This document shows positions 1-13,122 of a DNA stretch of 64,000 nt, piece after piece. Made by a program: the position numbers and the translations under genes. Numbering within the stretch: position 1 is the first letter of the stretch; the number at the start of each line of letters is the position of its first letter. Source of the stretch: Chlorokybus atmophyticus (taxonomy: Eukaryota; Plantae; Mesostigma and Chlorokybus algae); the NCBI GenBank assembly GCA_009103225.1, contig RHPI01000273.1, positions 1 through 64,000 on the forward strand. The letters are read 5' to 3'. The notes below the pieces were generated by a model that was given only the letters and a program-made list of their open reading frames with translations, had not been told where the DNA came from and did not search any database.

Positions 1-96
1 GTATGATGGCGTGAGGGTGGTATTAAGTAATAGAGATGAGCGGGGCACAGTAAGAACTATGGTAGATGTATTGAAGAATCTAGCACTGAGGCGACT

Positions 97-3000
97 TCAA
101 ACTCGCAAATCTCCTGCTACTCGGCATTTGGTTTTGCAGTCCGGTCCGCAGAGATCGCTCATCAGTGGAGGCCACGGGTACTTAGTGACGTCCTTGAAGG
201 GGCACTCCCGTCGGTGCGCAAAGTCCTTGCGCACAACACGTACCTTTGTTGGATCGCGTTGATAATGGTAACATGTTCGACATGTGCGAGGGACCGTCTT
301 GCCCCCAATCCCCGTTCCCTGATGAGTGTTGCGCAAAGGCCCACCTTTTACTTGTCCCACCTCGCTTGTGGGTGGCGGCCTGCCGGCTGGCGCTGAGCTT
401 GTGGATGCTCGGCTTGCTGCTGGAACGCGCGGTGCTGTTGCCGTCAAAGGAGGAGTGACGCTGGCAGCGGTTGAAAAGAACCCCTGCATAGCATTGCGCA
501 TGGTTACATGCTCGTTCTCCACCATCTCCTTGACTAGCTGACGTTCAAACGCTTGCAGGTGATGCTTGCACTTCCAGTAGATTGGGGTGCCGTTTCTCTG
601 AGCTACATGTTCACTCAATTGCAAATTCCACTCCCGACACATAGCGTCCCAATCGGTTTTGCCATTGTCACTTGTGAAAGCCTGATGCAGTTTGAACCAT
701 ATTCGCCGTTCTTCGGCGTTTGCAATGTGGCGTGCAAAGTTGATGGGTTTCTTTTTGCGCAACACACTCGCGCGCACCTTCAAGTCGCGTTGTGCTCCGC
801 GCGCCGCATTCCTTGATGTTTCAGGTTGAGTGCCTAGGGAGAGTTATTATGAATTAGTATGAATGGCACACAAACAGTAACAACCATAAACTATTGGAGC
901 ACATGATTTGTGTATGCGCCCACAATAAGCAAGTACATGCAATAAGCGTATGCGTATGCTGGATTGGCTATGACTGCAAATGGCAACTTAGGGTGAAGTT
1001 CGGAAACTTCACACACCTTCATTGCGTGCATTGACGTTGCTGGTGGGCTGAGATGTAATGCGCGGGCTTAATCTCCATGCTGGCCGTGGAGGACGTGGTG
1101 ATATGCTCATTCTTCGTGTGCCTTCAGCCAGCATATCGGCATCGTATGATGGGTTTTGTCCTTGCCTGACACCCTGCAGATTAATCGATATTACCACACA
1201 ACACCTTTATCAACTGGCACTGAATAACTCACCTGTTGTGTCGCGCTATGTTCTTGCTCAAAAAGGGTGAAGTGATGGTACAACTCATCGTCAATAACCT
1301 CTTCAATCTGCAGATGTCAGCATATGTAACCCACACGCGCACGCTCACGCGCATGCACACTGTTACGCACGCACGCTCGCACATCACATACTTGTGCCGT
1401 GGTGTTGCTGTCATGCTGAGAAGACGAACGTTGCGGCTGGGTTGTGTTGGCGTTGCTTGAAGGGGAGTGATCAAGATTCACTGCCGTTGTGGCTGGTGCC
1501 TACAACAATGTGTGTCTGTAGTGTTTACACTCAACATCACCGCATGCATGTATTGACATGCTACTATTATTTACCTCGGTCGTGGCGGTGGTGTCACTGT
1601 TATGCTGTGAGCGTGTGTGCGCGTGTTGTGGTTGCTTGGTGTTGATGTTGTCGGGCGGTGAGGGGTTGTGTGCTGCAGAAGACTGCGTCTGCGCAAGTAG
1701 TGTGAGCAATGGCACAAAACATAATAACCAACACGTGTTGCAAATGTTGCAAAATCAAACACCTCTGCGTCGCGATGATGTCCTCTATCCACTCTTCGCC
1801 TTCCACACCTCCATCTGCAAATACTGCGGCATCCACCTCGGTAAAGCTCTGCATTGAGGGTGGTAGATGATCCATGCCCAACTTCTCATGTTGCGTGGAG
1901 GACATTGACACCACCTCCCATTTTTGAAATGGATTTGGCCAGCTATGCTTGCTGTAAAGCGTATGAATTTTCTGCACGAGTTCACGCATATCAGCGTATA
2001 CTAACTGCACAACCTGACACATAGCCCTTGATACACATATCAGTGTAGTACCTGAATAAGCCAATGGTCAAAGGTGCCGTAATCGACATCACCTTTATTG
2101 CGTATGCCGCTGCGGGTATTGTGGCGGTTGATGTAGTCGGTAACTATGAGCTCCGCCAACTCCGCGGTGGTGTTTGAGCCATGCAGAATGCTTCGTAATA
2201 ACCTATGAAACCCTTCCAGTGGAGATGTGCCTCGCGCACACATGTATCTTGGCATGGTTCCTGCTTTGTTCACATTCCAGTACAGCTTCACTCCCTCAGG
2301 ATCTGCACGCAACAACCACTTGCGGTCAGTAGGAGTATGAGAGAGAGAGAGAGAGAGAGATGATGCTTGTGCTCATAGGCTATGCACAGCACTGGAGCAC
2401 AACGTACCGCTCAACCTGCCTGACCATACAAGGTCCATTTGCCGTTGGCGAAGGGCTTCCAGCTGCTTACTCCAGAACCGCTCCTGTGTGTCAGGCTCAA
2501 TGGCTTCGCGATACTCTTCCATCATGCTATCCAACTTGGCCGCCAATGTGTGGCGCTCAGGAATAACATGAGGCACTCGCTTTCGCCAGTATCGTCGCGG
2601 TAGTTTTGCCACCTACAATCAAGGCTTATCAACAAAGCACCATGATGGCCTCAATACTTGACATGCGTACAAANNNNNNNNNNNNNNNNNNNNNNNNNNN
2701 NNNNNNNNNNNNNNNNNNNNNNNNNNNNNNNNNNNNNNNNNNNNNNNNNNNNNNNNNNNNNNNNNNNNNNNNNNNNNNNNNNNNNNNNNNNNNNNNNNNN
2801 NNNNNNNNNNNNNNNNNNNNNNNNNNNNNNNNNNNNNNNNNNNNNNNNNNNNNNNNNNNNNNNNNNNNNNNNNNNNNNNNNNNNNNNNNNNNNNNNNNNN
2901 NNNNNNNNNNNNNNNNNNNNNNNNNNNNNNNNNNNNNNNNNNNNNNNNNNNNNNNNNNNNNNNNNNNNNNNNNNNNNNNNNNNNNNNNNNNNNNNNNNNN

Positions 3001-4927
3001 NNNNNNNNNNNNNNNNNNNNNNNNNNNNNNNNNNNNNNNNNNNNNNNNNNNNNNNNNNNNNNNNNNNNNNNNNNNNNNNNNNNNNNNNNNNNNNNNNNNN
3101 NNNNNNNNNNNNNNNNNNNNNNNNNNNNNNNNNNNNNNNNNNNNNNNNNNNNNNNGGGGGGTGCAGCGCGGCACAATTACCTTTAAGTTTGCTCGAGTCC
3201 ACAGTTAGCCTGGCATACCTATCCATGAAATGCCATGGATCCTCTAGTATCAGTAGATGGTCTGACCCAAATCCTTGAAGCAAAGAGCTCTCCATGCTTG
3301 TCGAGTTATCACAATACACCACCTTCAACGGCTGCACGAATTTGATTGATATCTGCATGCAAATACACAAAGTTCCTGTGCAGCAGGATGCAGTGTTGTG
3401 CAGCTCACATTTTGCAGCACCGCGTAGTATGCACGCTTCATGATCCTTTGCAAAGCAGGAACAACTTCGGACAAGGCGGATGAGCTAGCCAGATACCATC
3501 CAATCACCTGATAATACCGCGTTAATGAGCTTGCACAATTGGCATTGTGATCAATTAGCCTCAGATGCAAGACTTGCAGATTATTTCAACCATACTTGCT
3601 TGGTTTCGTTATACAAGGTGAAGACAGCTTCAGCCACTTTGCGTCCTTCTTGACGTACAAACTTGGGTAGCTTGAAGCTATGGTCCACAGCTAGTATAGC
3701 TCCACCAAGTGTCGTCATTCTCATTTTTTGCCATTCTCGTCTTGACTGACCATGCTTGATGTATTGCTGAGTCAAGTACTCAGCGCTTGGCACGTACCCG
3801 CGCCATCCCTTGGGATCATCAAAAGCTCCAAACGTCGGTGGTGGCGGTATGGATGTAGTGTACAAGCGAGCAAGGGCATTGCTCGGTTTATGCACATGCT
3901 CCCAAACCTCAGTGTACGCCAACAAAGTCTGTGTCCATAATAGTCATGTAGTTAGTGTCATGACATCATCATGCAATCCGCATGCATATGCAACCGAACA
4001 ACACCAGTCCACCAAAGCAATGTACCCGTGTGTAGTCGGTGCGGTGACTCTCTTTTAGTTGCTCGCACACGTCATGGAGGGATTGACCATTCGATATGGC
4101 TCTTGTCACGAAATCAAATAAGTCCTTCTCCAAGCCTACTCGGGGTGTTAACAGGATCTTGAACTCGTCTCTCACAAATGATGGCAGCTGCTCCAGGATT
4201 CTATCATCATAAGTGAGACAAGTAAAATCTTTGCTTTCATTACCTGCATCATCATCACACGGTAAGTACTTGCATGTTGAAGCTATCATCATGAGGCACA
4301 ATGATTGTGCCCATGACACGTGTGTAACAGCGCATACCTGTGCACTTCTTGCATCGCAGACTCATGCCATAGAGCCAATTACTACCGCGTAAGCCCGTGA
4401 CTTTGCGTATGTGCTTGTACCACCCGTCGGATGTCATTGCCTTCTTGTTGCATGAGGGGCAAATGTACTGCTTAACATATTGATTGAAGAAGACATGTGG
4501 CGCCCAGTATGTCACCTACACATATACTTGCACATCGGACAACATCTATAGCACAACTCGAGATGCATACAAGGTTACATCCACGCGCGTGCAAGCGCGC
4601 GTGAACGCCGATGGACATGCTCGCATGCGCACGGGCATGCATGTCAATCACCTCAAATCACCCCACATAGCCACTCATGTCAACAGCACTTACATGACAG
4701 TCTTTCTTGTAGAAGGTTGCCGGCGTACAATCCTCTTTCGACTTCACCTCCAACAAAGGGTTTGTGAGCGGCATTCTAATGTCCGGCCAATGCATAAGTT
4801 CCAACGGTTGCTTGAGCTGCCACATTTGGCTGACATTGTTGCGCTGAAGTTCTGGTGCATACGAGCGCACCCGCTTAGAGGCTTCTTCGTATACGGGGTG
4901 CCCCGCTCCAATCTCCTCATTGTCCAT
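97..4927 (-). mobile_element. Multi-exon DDE transposase gene, DUF6729-like family (ISL3/Mutator-type DxxH signature), interrupted by an assembly gap; a Pro-rich upstream exon may lie at ~5480-5730
   Basis: Successive minus-strand exons give CPSC...GW..IRKV..L.G..WLYG..LRCKKC, TYDDRILEQLP, AILAVDHSFKLPK (D1), VYCDN (D2), LEDPWHFMDR (DxxH), IPERHTL...GRLS|DPEG, YMCARGTSPLEGFH (E) and a C-terminal Cys/His region. GT/AG sites flank the exons. Confidence 0.65.
2674..3155. other. Assembly gap (482 N)
   Basis: Run of N in the sequence. Confidence 1.
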
Positions 4928-4939
4928 TCACACATCAAT

Positions 4940-5470
4940 GTCAGCACATGCATGTTTACAACACATACCACGCACCACACACACGAGCCTTGGCGACCAC
5001 ATGCGCCCACAAGCACACACACGCGCGTATATGCATATGCGTTCACACGCATGTAAGCACGAACACGCACGCGTGCACGCAACACACCAGCCTTGGCAAT
5101 CACACACGCCCATACACATTCACGCGCGCGTATATGAATATGCGCATTCACACTCATGCACACGCATGTCAGCACGCACATGCATGCGTACACGCGCACA
5201 CACCAGCCTTGGCGCCCACACGCCCATAAACATACACACGCGCACATAGATGCATATGCGCGTGTGCATATACTAATGTACGCACCCACGCCCGCCCCGA
5301 GAGCAGCTTGCATGCGCGCACCCGTTTTGACAAGATACACATGCGCACATACGCGTCCGCACGCACACGGGCACGCACGCACGCACGCACGCACGCTCAC
5401 AAACATGTGATGTGCGCATATATATACAAGCGCATACACACTCGCACACCCACACACACCGTGTGTACCT
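4940..5470. repeat. CA/CG-rich low-complexity tract containing about three degenerate ~110-bp units
   Basis: The unit AGCCTTGGC...CACGCGC..ATAT/GCATATGCG recurs at ~4985, ~5088 and ~5204 within ACAC/GCAC repeats. Confidence 0.7.
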
Positions 5471-5865
5471 ATCACTTACCCTCTTGCCGCGATTGAGGTT
5501 GTGATGAGGGAGGTTGTGTGGCAGGTGGGGGAGGTGGGGGAGGTGGGGGAGCATGAGGAGAGGGAGGTGGTGGATGGACTAGCTTCAAGCTGGCAGTATC
5601 CCCTCCCAACAATGTCGCGCATGTGCACAGCCATGTAAAGAGCTTATCGCAATGAAACAAGCTCATCCACATCATGAGCATTGACAACATCATCCCCGCA
5701 CTACTTAACAACATGTCCATATCTGCAACCATTATGTCTCATCACATGCCTATATTAACCACGCCTCCCATGCCGCCGCCTACGCCGCCGCCCACGCCGC
5801 CCACGCCGCCCACACAAAACCCTAGATGAACAATGTTGTGTGGACACCGAGACTTGCTCTTTTTG

Positions 5866-5965
5866 GCTGCATCTATGTAGATACACAGGTTGCTAAATAG
5901 ATACAAGTGTCTAAAACAATGTCGTTGTATCTACATAGCAAACTGTGTATCTATGTAGATGCAGC
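5866..5965. repeat. Imperfect inverted repeat (41-bp arms, 18-nt spacer)
   Basis: 5866-5906 GCTGCATCTATGTAGATACACAGGTTGCTAAATAGATACAA is the reverse complement of 5925-5965 at 36 of 41 positions. Confidence 0.85.
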
Positions 5966-8299
5966 GTGTGAGGGGTACCATACGAGTGCGTACCGCACGC
6001 TGACACATGTACCAATGGTACAGTACCGTGCAGTACTGACAGGTGACGGCGCGACGCTTGCCGTCGATCGCTATACAGTCGGCAGTCAACAATTGTATAA
6101 GACATTGAGTAATCGATCGGTCCCTGTCGCCGCAATCCAACGGTGTGTGTATTTACTTTGTAATGACTACCGGCAGCTCACGAGAGCCATCGATCCTTTG
6201 TATTTACTAAATACAAGAGTAGTTACAAAGCCGTCCATTCCAGCCCGAAGAGGGTTGCCGTCCCCTACTACTAACAAGGTTCCACAATGCTATCGGAGCT
6301 AAAGGTCTCGAGTTCGAGTCCCACCGGGCGCAAAAAGTTGCGCGCGAGTGGGTAGAACGAGACCGCGGTTAGAACGATCCAAGGCCGAATTAAGACCGGG
6401 TACGGCTGACTGAGTCGGCGCGCAGAGTCGCTCCTGCGCGTGGCAAATTGGCAAGTCGCCGCGGATAACTATGCGGTATGACCAGCTAGAGGCAGGTTGT
6501 GACCGGACGTGAATCAGCCCTGTCAGTTTGTGTGTCGCTGTTCAGGTAGTTCACGGTTAAAGCCGGGTTGAATGTGGTGCTTGTTGATAACTGAGTATGC
6601 TAAGAGAGCATATTCAGCCGTTTATAAGCATTACACAGCCTCTCATAGTAGCGATTTTGCTACTGTGGCGAAGTCGGTTAAAGCCAGGTTCCACACACGG
6701 CTGAGTCGCGTGGCTGCACGTAAAGTAGCGCGGCCAAGGTACCTAGCCGGTACGGGGTCCTGAGAGGGCTGTTTTGCCGTACACGGGACGCGACGGTGAG
6801 CCACGGGTTAACGCTGGGAGGAATGTAACGCCGCACATAATACGTTACATAATCGTTACGCCTCCTCTGATGGTAACAACTTTTACTACCGCAGCAAATG
6901 ACATGGCCGAGGTGGTTGTGACACGTACTTTTGGTTGCACCGCGAGGAAGGCTTGTCAAAAGAAGTGCTTCACCAACTTCATGAGCATGAGTTGTGCTTT
7001 GGCCTGATTTTGAGTCAGTAGCGGGGCTGGCACGTATGCTATAGGTAGTGGTGTAGGTGGCGCGGTTGCTAATGCTATTGGCGCAGTGGCTGACGCAGCA
7101 GGTGGGTGGGGTGAGGGTAGGGCACGTTGTTGAGTTTACTGAGTGGTCGTCTCTGCTGCTGTCATGATCTTCGTCGCTCCAGTCTATGTTGAATTTGCAG
7201 CTAGGCAATAGCCTATTTGCATCTGAGCGGCCAACCTTAGCTGGAGGCAAGCCGTTATGGCCTCTGAGCCCGCTTACATTTATCCTTCATGTATACGTGC
7301 AAACTGAGCTCTAATTTATGGTTGCCAAAGTCTCGAGGCGCTTTCATAAAACAGAGCAAGGTGTTGCAGACAGATGCTGATTGTTACATGGGGAAAATTA
7401 CGGCACAAAAGCAAAATGGGTGCTGAGGACATGTGGAACGACAGCTGTCATGCCGGTGAAGGAGTTTGATTGTCTCGGGGTATGACAATATGCAGAGGAA
7501 TAACAGATTGTGAGCTGGTTGGAGGCATGAGCTAGTTGAATTTTCTTGTGGAAGCATATTTGGATAATATTAATTGTTGGATTTTATGATGGGAAGGTAG
7601 ATGAGAAAGTAATTGAGGGGAAGTGCATATGTTTAACGACGCTAGTTTTAAGTGGTTATGCATTCCAAATTAGTAGATTAATGGGTTGAACAACGATGGT
7701 CCCCTAATATGAAGAGTTTGTTGCAAATTTTATATGGTGACTGATTAAGGATTGAGGGACTGGCGGGTGCCTGAGCCTACCTGAGCCTGCCTGCTGCTGC
7801 CTGAAATGTTACTTGGTGACTGTTGGGTTTGCCGTTGGCTTGAGTGGTTTGACGCAAACGGCCGCGCGCCGAAAGTATTTGTCAGTGGCACTGACCTGCC
7901 GAGAGTTGTCAACCAGTTACCCTTTGGTCGATGTGCAGACGGCCATAGGCTGGTAGTCACAGACAGCTGACAGCAATAGCCGGCAGTTTTTTTGCCGTTA
8001 CACTGCTGTTAATTTGTGACCCTTACCGTTTGACCAAAGTTGGCAATTGCCATAAGCCAACACTAACATGCCATGCAGCTTGTACGAACCTTGGATCTTT
8101 GGTCTTGCAATTATAAGCCCACAATGTATATAATGTACCGGAGTGGTGAGAGTATGTCCACTTGCAACTGAGCAGCCGACTTACGCATGAAACTACCTAC
8201 AACATTTGTTCCAGCTGTCGCACTCATGCGCAGCTTGTCAACCCGTGGTGCCTGCCTCAGCACTTCTCCTCAACCCCCTCCTCCTGTTCCTCCTTCGAC

Positions 8300-9200
8300 A
8301 AGTCTTCTGCTTTAACATCGGAGTCATCTTTTCCCTCGATCGCTAATAATACAGCGGCTATCTCGTCCTTCAGCTAGAATGTTAGCACCTCGCCGTGTAC
8401 GCGCATGCGCTTGATGGTCGCTTTGAGAGTGACCACCTGCATTTGGTAATGCTGTAAGAGTGGCGTGCTGTCAGAGGACTAGCCCATTAGCTTACACATG
8501 CTTACCTCGTCTTTCGCTTTGTTGCACTCCGCCAGGCACACAGTCAGCCTGCCGCGCTGCTCTTAATTCACTTTGACCAACATGGCAATCTACAAGCATG
8601 CTGCTTAATTGCCGCTAAAAACATGAAACTAGGTCATGGATTACCTGTTCGTGGTACTCCGCAGCTTCTCTTTTGCGACTTGTGAGCTCCTGCAAGTAGA
8701 AACAGGCTGTGCATTTACGAGATTGGTCATGCTGTACACGTGCATGACACTGGAGGCTATGCATGTGGTATTATTATATTGACAATGTATGTCATGTGCA
8801 AGATACTTGCGGCTGTGCATGTGCAAGCTAAAAGAACCCTATCATGTGGCATTGACAGTGCATCGTAACCCACCTTAGTTATGCCAGTCTCGTTTGGTCC
8901 CTTTAATCATGTCGCTGTGGTCGCAGCTGCTGGTGGGTCGGATGTTCTTAGATGTAGTATTGTGGTGTGCCTTTGCCCACTCCGAGGGGGAGCCCTGTAA
9001 GATATCGCCCAAGTCACTGTTGTCATGGGATGTGCCCTTGGTAGGCATGGTGGGGTTTAACACCAAGGGCACCCCACCGGCACCTTGCGAACATAGGCTT
9101 CGTCCCGGACCTCGACCACAACGCCCACTACGCCCCTGGCAGCGCCGCCAACGATCCACCAAACGCCACATACCCTCGGCATCACCGCCATGTAAGGGCA
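8300..9200 (-). pseudogene. Possible decayed multi-exon coiled-coil/acidic gene, divergent from the Plavaka transposase
   Basis: Short GT/AG-bounded segments read ELTSRKREAAEYHEQ, EQRGRLTVCLAECNKAKDE, VVTLKATIKRMRVHGE and LKDEIAAVLLAIEGKDDSDVKAEDLSKEEQEEGVEEKC. No family recognised. Confidence 0.3.
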
Positions 9201-9289
9201 TAGCTTGGCGGATCCATCAATGGTGGTTTTTTGCGCAGGGACTGGCATTGCTCGCACTTGTCAATGGTACGAAGCCATTGCCACTATAC

Positions 9290-9425
9290 AAAGGTACCAT
9301 TTCAATGGTACCTTTTGGCAAAGGCATCTTCGTACTATTGAAACGGTTCAATCAGGATATTTATGCAGAGAATTAACCTTGACGTGCAATGGCTCGATCG
9401 TACCATAGTAGTGGTACGACAGAGC
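9290..9425. promoter_or_regulatory. GTAC-core palindromes upstream of the Plavaka transposase
   Basis: AAAGGTACCATT-tc-AATGGTACCTTT (9290-9315) and TCGTACCA-tagtag-TGGTACGA followed by CAGAGC (9398-9425). Regulatory role is inferred. Confidence 0.4.
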
Positions 9426-9570
9426 TAGTGAATGGCGGCCAATTTTCCCGCCTCGAGCATGCAAGGGTAGCGGCGGCAGTGGCGGCGGCGGCGGCGGCGG
9501 CTGTGCGTGTTGCTGGATATGATGATGCAGGTTACATTGGCGACACCTGTGTCGACGTCAGTAGTGAGCT

Positions 9571-12500
9571 ATGGGAGTCCTTTGTCCGTATTGCCACATG
9601 CGCTTCACCACACGCAGCTCGGTCTACATGCACATTGTTAGCAGCAGGGTGTGCAAGCAAATCGAGCTGTATGTTGGCCAGCGTCCATTACAGTACGATG
9701 TGGGTCATGTTGAACCGGGGAGTTTGATCCAGGATGCGCACATGCTTGATGCTGAAGAATTCCTCCTTGAGACACACGCACAGCAGCAACAGGAGGAGGA
9801 GCAAGTGAACGAGGGCTTTCGATGTGTGCGTGTGCTTGAAAAACCTGTGGCACGCCAACATGGAAGTGGAGGCGTCCCTTCGCACGCGTTGAAATCCAGG
9901 TGGTATGGCTCGGAGCATGCTCTTGCAGTGGCATTTATGCAGTGCAACAACGGCTAAGGCATGTCGGCCTCTGACATGAGGCGGATCATCAAGTGCATCC
10001 GAAATGCACACTTCCTGACGGAAGAGCTCCAATGGGAGACCGGTGTGCATGTGGCCAGCTACTACCGGACCACAATTGCTTACTCTCAGTTTTAGGTGTG
10101 TTCACGGTGCATGTGCTTCAACCAACAGAGCCATGTCACATCTGCACATACAAGTGTGCTGCCGTATTAGGACTACGTGACTGCTGACCTGCGCAAACCT
10201 ATAGACCCTGAGGATCAGGACATCAGCGTCACATATATGCCGGCCAAGGTAAGTGAAATGCTATACCGAATGCAGTATCGATGCAGTATCTATTCTGAGG
10301 CCAGCATGCCTGTTAATGCTCTTAGTCGGAGCAGGTATGGCTCGCACGATTGTATGGCAATCCACATGCCGCTAATGGCTTCGATCTCCAGTACAGTGGT
10401 CACGAGCACAGCTTTGGCCATCCTTCCACGGGCTATTGGTGGAAGGATGTGGAGGTGGATTTGAGGAGAGAGGTGGGGGAAGCGTCCTACTTCAAGTAGG
10501 ACCAAGTTGGCGCCTGCCATTCTATACAGTGACAAGACCACGCTGGACAGCGCTCTGGCTACCCTCAGATGGCATCGCTTGCAACTACAGTTGGGACATG
10601 TATACTGGCAACATGGGGGTTGTTATGTTAGCGCTTCTGCCGGTTATTCACGCAGTGCCCGGGCATCCCACTTGAGCGCAGGGCAAGAAATCGATCTCAA
10701 TTCGGAAACGTGAGAGTTTTCATGACGCTTTGAATGTAGTGTTAGGGGATGTGAAGCGGGCGAGCTGGGAAGGTCTGCAGCTCATCGACCCGAATGGCAT
10801 CGAGCGTCGTATGTTTCCCGTGCTTGCCAACTACATCAGTGACTTGCAGGTAGTGGGCATGCATGGTTGTAACCGGATGCAGCCTGCCGGCAAACAGTGC
10901 ATGAAGGATGTTGTCAGTGGAGCATCTAAATTTGTCGTGTTGCAGGAGACTGCCACACTCGCACGCACTGTATCGGGCAACCAAGCACAACATCTTTGCG
11001 ATGTTTGTCTCGTCACCAAATCAGATCTGTTTGAGATGGATGAGGACCGAGGCTTTTCACACACCAGCAATACGTCAGCTATGGGCGGTCTTGCATAGCG
11101 GTGTTACGAATGCACGCTAAACAGTCAAAGAGCAGCACTCTATGCATGTCGAGGAGGTAATGGTCAAAGTACCGGCATTCGTGAGGATGAATGTCTCTCC
11201 GTGTAATCAGACAATGTAGTTTGGCAACAGAATGCACTGTGGGGTTGGCGACAGTCGCGGGTGCCGGGAGCTGACTGCTACTCTCGTCTTGCCCATGACG
11301 CAATGCATGTGCTGGGAGGCATCATTAACCACCTGTTTGCTGCTGTGTATGACGCTGCGAAGGAACGAATGCGTCCATCCATGAGACCGATTCTGCAGGC
11401 TAGGCACGTCTCTGGTGTTGCTTTTGTGTTGAACACAAAAGCCAACGACATGTGCTCACAAGCAGATGTGCACAGGCTTAATGCATGCAATGTGACTCTA
11501 CGGGTTTCGCACTTCAAGGCACCCACAAGCATAGTAGATGCATGTGCTGGGAGGCATCATCGGCCACCTGTTTGCTGCTGTGTATGACGCTGCGAAGAAA
11601 CGAATGCGTCCATCCACGAGACAGAGTCTGCAGGGCAGGCACGTCTTTGGTGTTGCTTTTGTGTTTAACACAAAATCTAGCGACATGTGCTCACAAGCAG
11701 ATGTGCACAGGCTGAATGCATGCAAGGCGACTCTACGGGTTTCGCACTTCAAGGCACCCACAAGCATAGTAGATTTCTTCCAGTCCGACCACGTCTTTCA
11801 GGTGGTGGAAAAAAGTAGCGGTACTGCAGCTGCTGCCGGTCCTTTCAGACGGTTTGCTGCTCGACAGTGAGGGCAACGATTTCTTCACCATTGCTGCCGC
11901 ATCGCTTGCCTTGTGGAAGAAAAAGTTGCTCAAGGCGCATGAACACACAAGAGAGACCCTGACCACAGCCGACAACGAGCTGACTGCCTTTAAATGTGCG
12001 ATGTTGCATCCGCTACTGTCGTCATATTCTGCACAGAAGTCAGGTTAGAGGATTGCAAATATGCATCAGCTCACTCATTTTGGGCCGGCAATTGTCAGTA
12101 GTGGACACCCAGATTGGTTCAGCGCCAACCGCATGAAGCAGACGCATGCCCAAAATATAAAATGGTGGGCGCGTGGTGGCAACAACCGGGACTACCAGGC
12201 GTGTAGCCTGAAGGCATGGAGCTGTGCGGAATATGTGAGAGAGGATGGCATGGTCGTAGATCTGGAGATGCGCTCGGTCATGGCGCAGGCGCGGCAGCAG
12301 TGCTGTAAAAATGGAGAAGACGGACAAGTTGCCACGTATGGATGTGCTGACATGGAGTGAGTCTAGCCCGTACTGGAGCGGATCTACGTAGCCGCCAAGT
12401 CGCCCTGAAGACTCATTCGCCGACAAGCTGCCTGCCACCCTTGACAGCTGGTTGAGGAGGGAACAACTGGAGTTGGCCGACGGGTGGCGTGCTGTTCGCG

Positions 12501-12915
12501 TGGTGAAGGCGCAGCGGTGTACATGACATCAGAAGTCAGCATGGCGCGCGCAACTGGGATGTTCCATGGTCGGCCTTGGTTCTCTACACTTGAGTCGGAA
12601 GGTGATGAGGACGGTGTAAATGTGACGTGGTGGGCTCAGGCACTCCTTTGTCTGCGCGTGGTGGTGTGGGGTGGTAACGACGAGCGCGTGTGGAAGGAGG
12701 TTGTAATTTTCCGCTGGTACACAAAGCTGGATGTGACGAGTGACATAAAGTGCATCGCTCTGGAATGGGAAAAGCGTCGAGGGGGTCCACATCTCGATGT
12801 TGTGACCCTGTAGCAAGTAAAAGGCATTGTCCAGCTGCTCCCCATGTATGATAAGGACAGCGCCCGTGTACAAGAGGGCAAGTATTGGGTGAACGTTCAC
12901 TGCACTGCCACGTGA
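9571..12915 (+). mobile_element. Plavaka-family (CACTA/CMC-related) transposase pseudogene
   Basis: N-terminal C2HC finger CPYC..F....VYMHIVSSRVC; ILYSDKTTLDS (D1); LQLIDPNGIERRMFPVLANYISDLQ (D2); CDVCLV; HDAMH; LRVSHFK; GHPDWFSANRMKQTH (catalytic E position reads K); C-terminal WAQALLCLRV...VIFRWY...IVQLLP...YWVN. Many stops and frameshifts. Confidence 0.8.
11304..11775 (+). repeat. Tandem duplication, 235-bp period, inside the Plavaka ORF
   Basis: CATGTGCTGGGAGGCATC...CACCCACAAGCATAGTAGAT starts at 11306 and again at 11541. The copies differ by roughly 10%, and the period is not a multiple of 3. Confidence 0.95.
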
Positions 12916-13122
12916 CACATGTACTTGTCTCACTACTCTGAGTTTGGAGCATATCAGTTAGTTATCATTGCATTGCTAATCGTATGCCAAAACTTTTGCA
13001 TGTAAATGTGTACAATATATGGCAGCTGTCACTGCACAACTGTCACCACAATCGAATGTTGAATGCAACATTCAACAATCAGTCAGCTGTGTGCTATCAA
13101 GCATCAATACAGTGCACCACAC

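Noticed and set aside
4744-5496. Long Cys/Val/His/Thr-rich ORFs here and at 51557-52944
   Set aside because: These are translation artefacts of CA/TG microsatellite-rich introns or antisense shadows of real exons.
6288-6331. tRNA-Arg-like 3' half (GGTCTCGAGTTCGAGTCCCACCGGGCGCA)
   Set aside because: A B-box-like GTTCGAGTCC is present, but the T-stem does not pair and I found no A-box or 5' half. It is not a tRNA gene, and there is too little evidence for a SINE.
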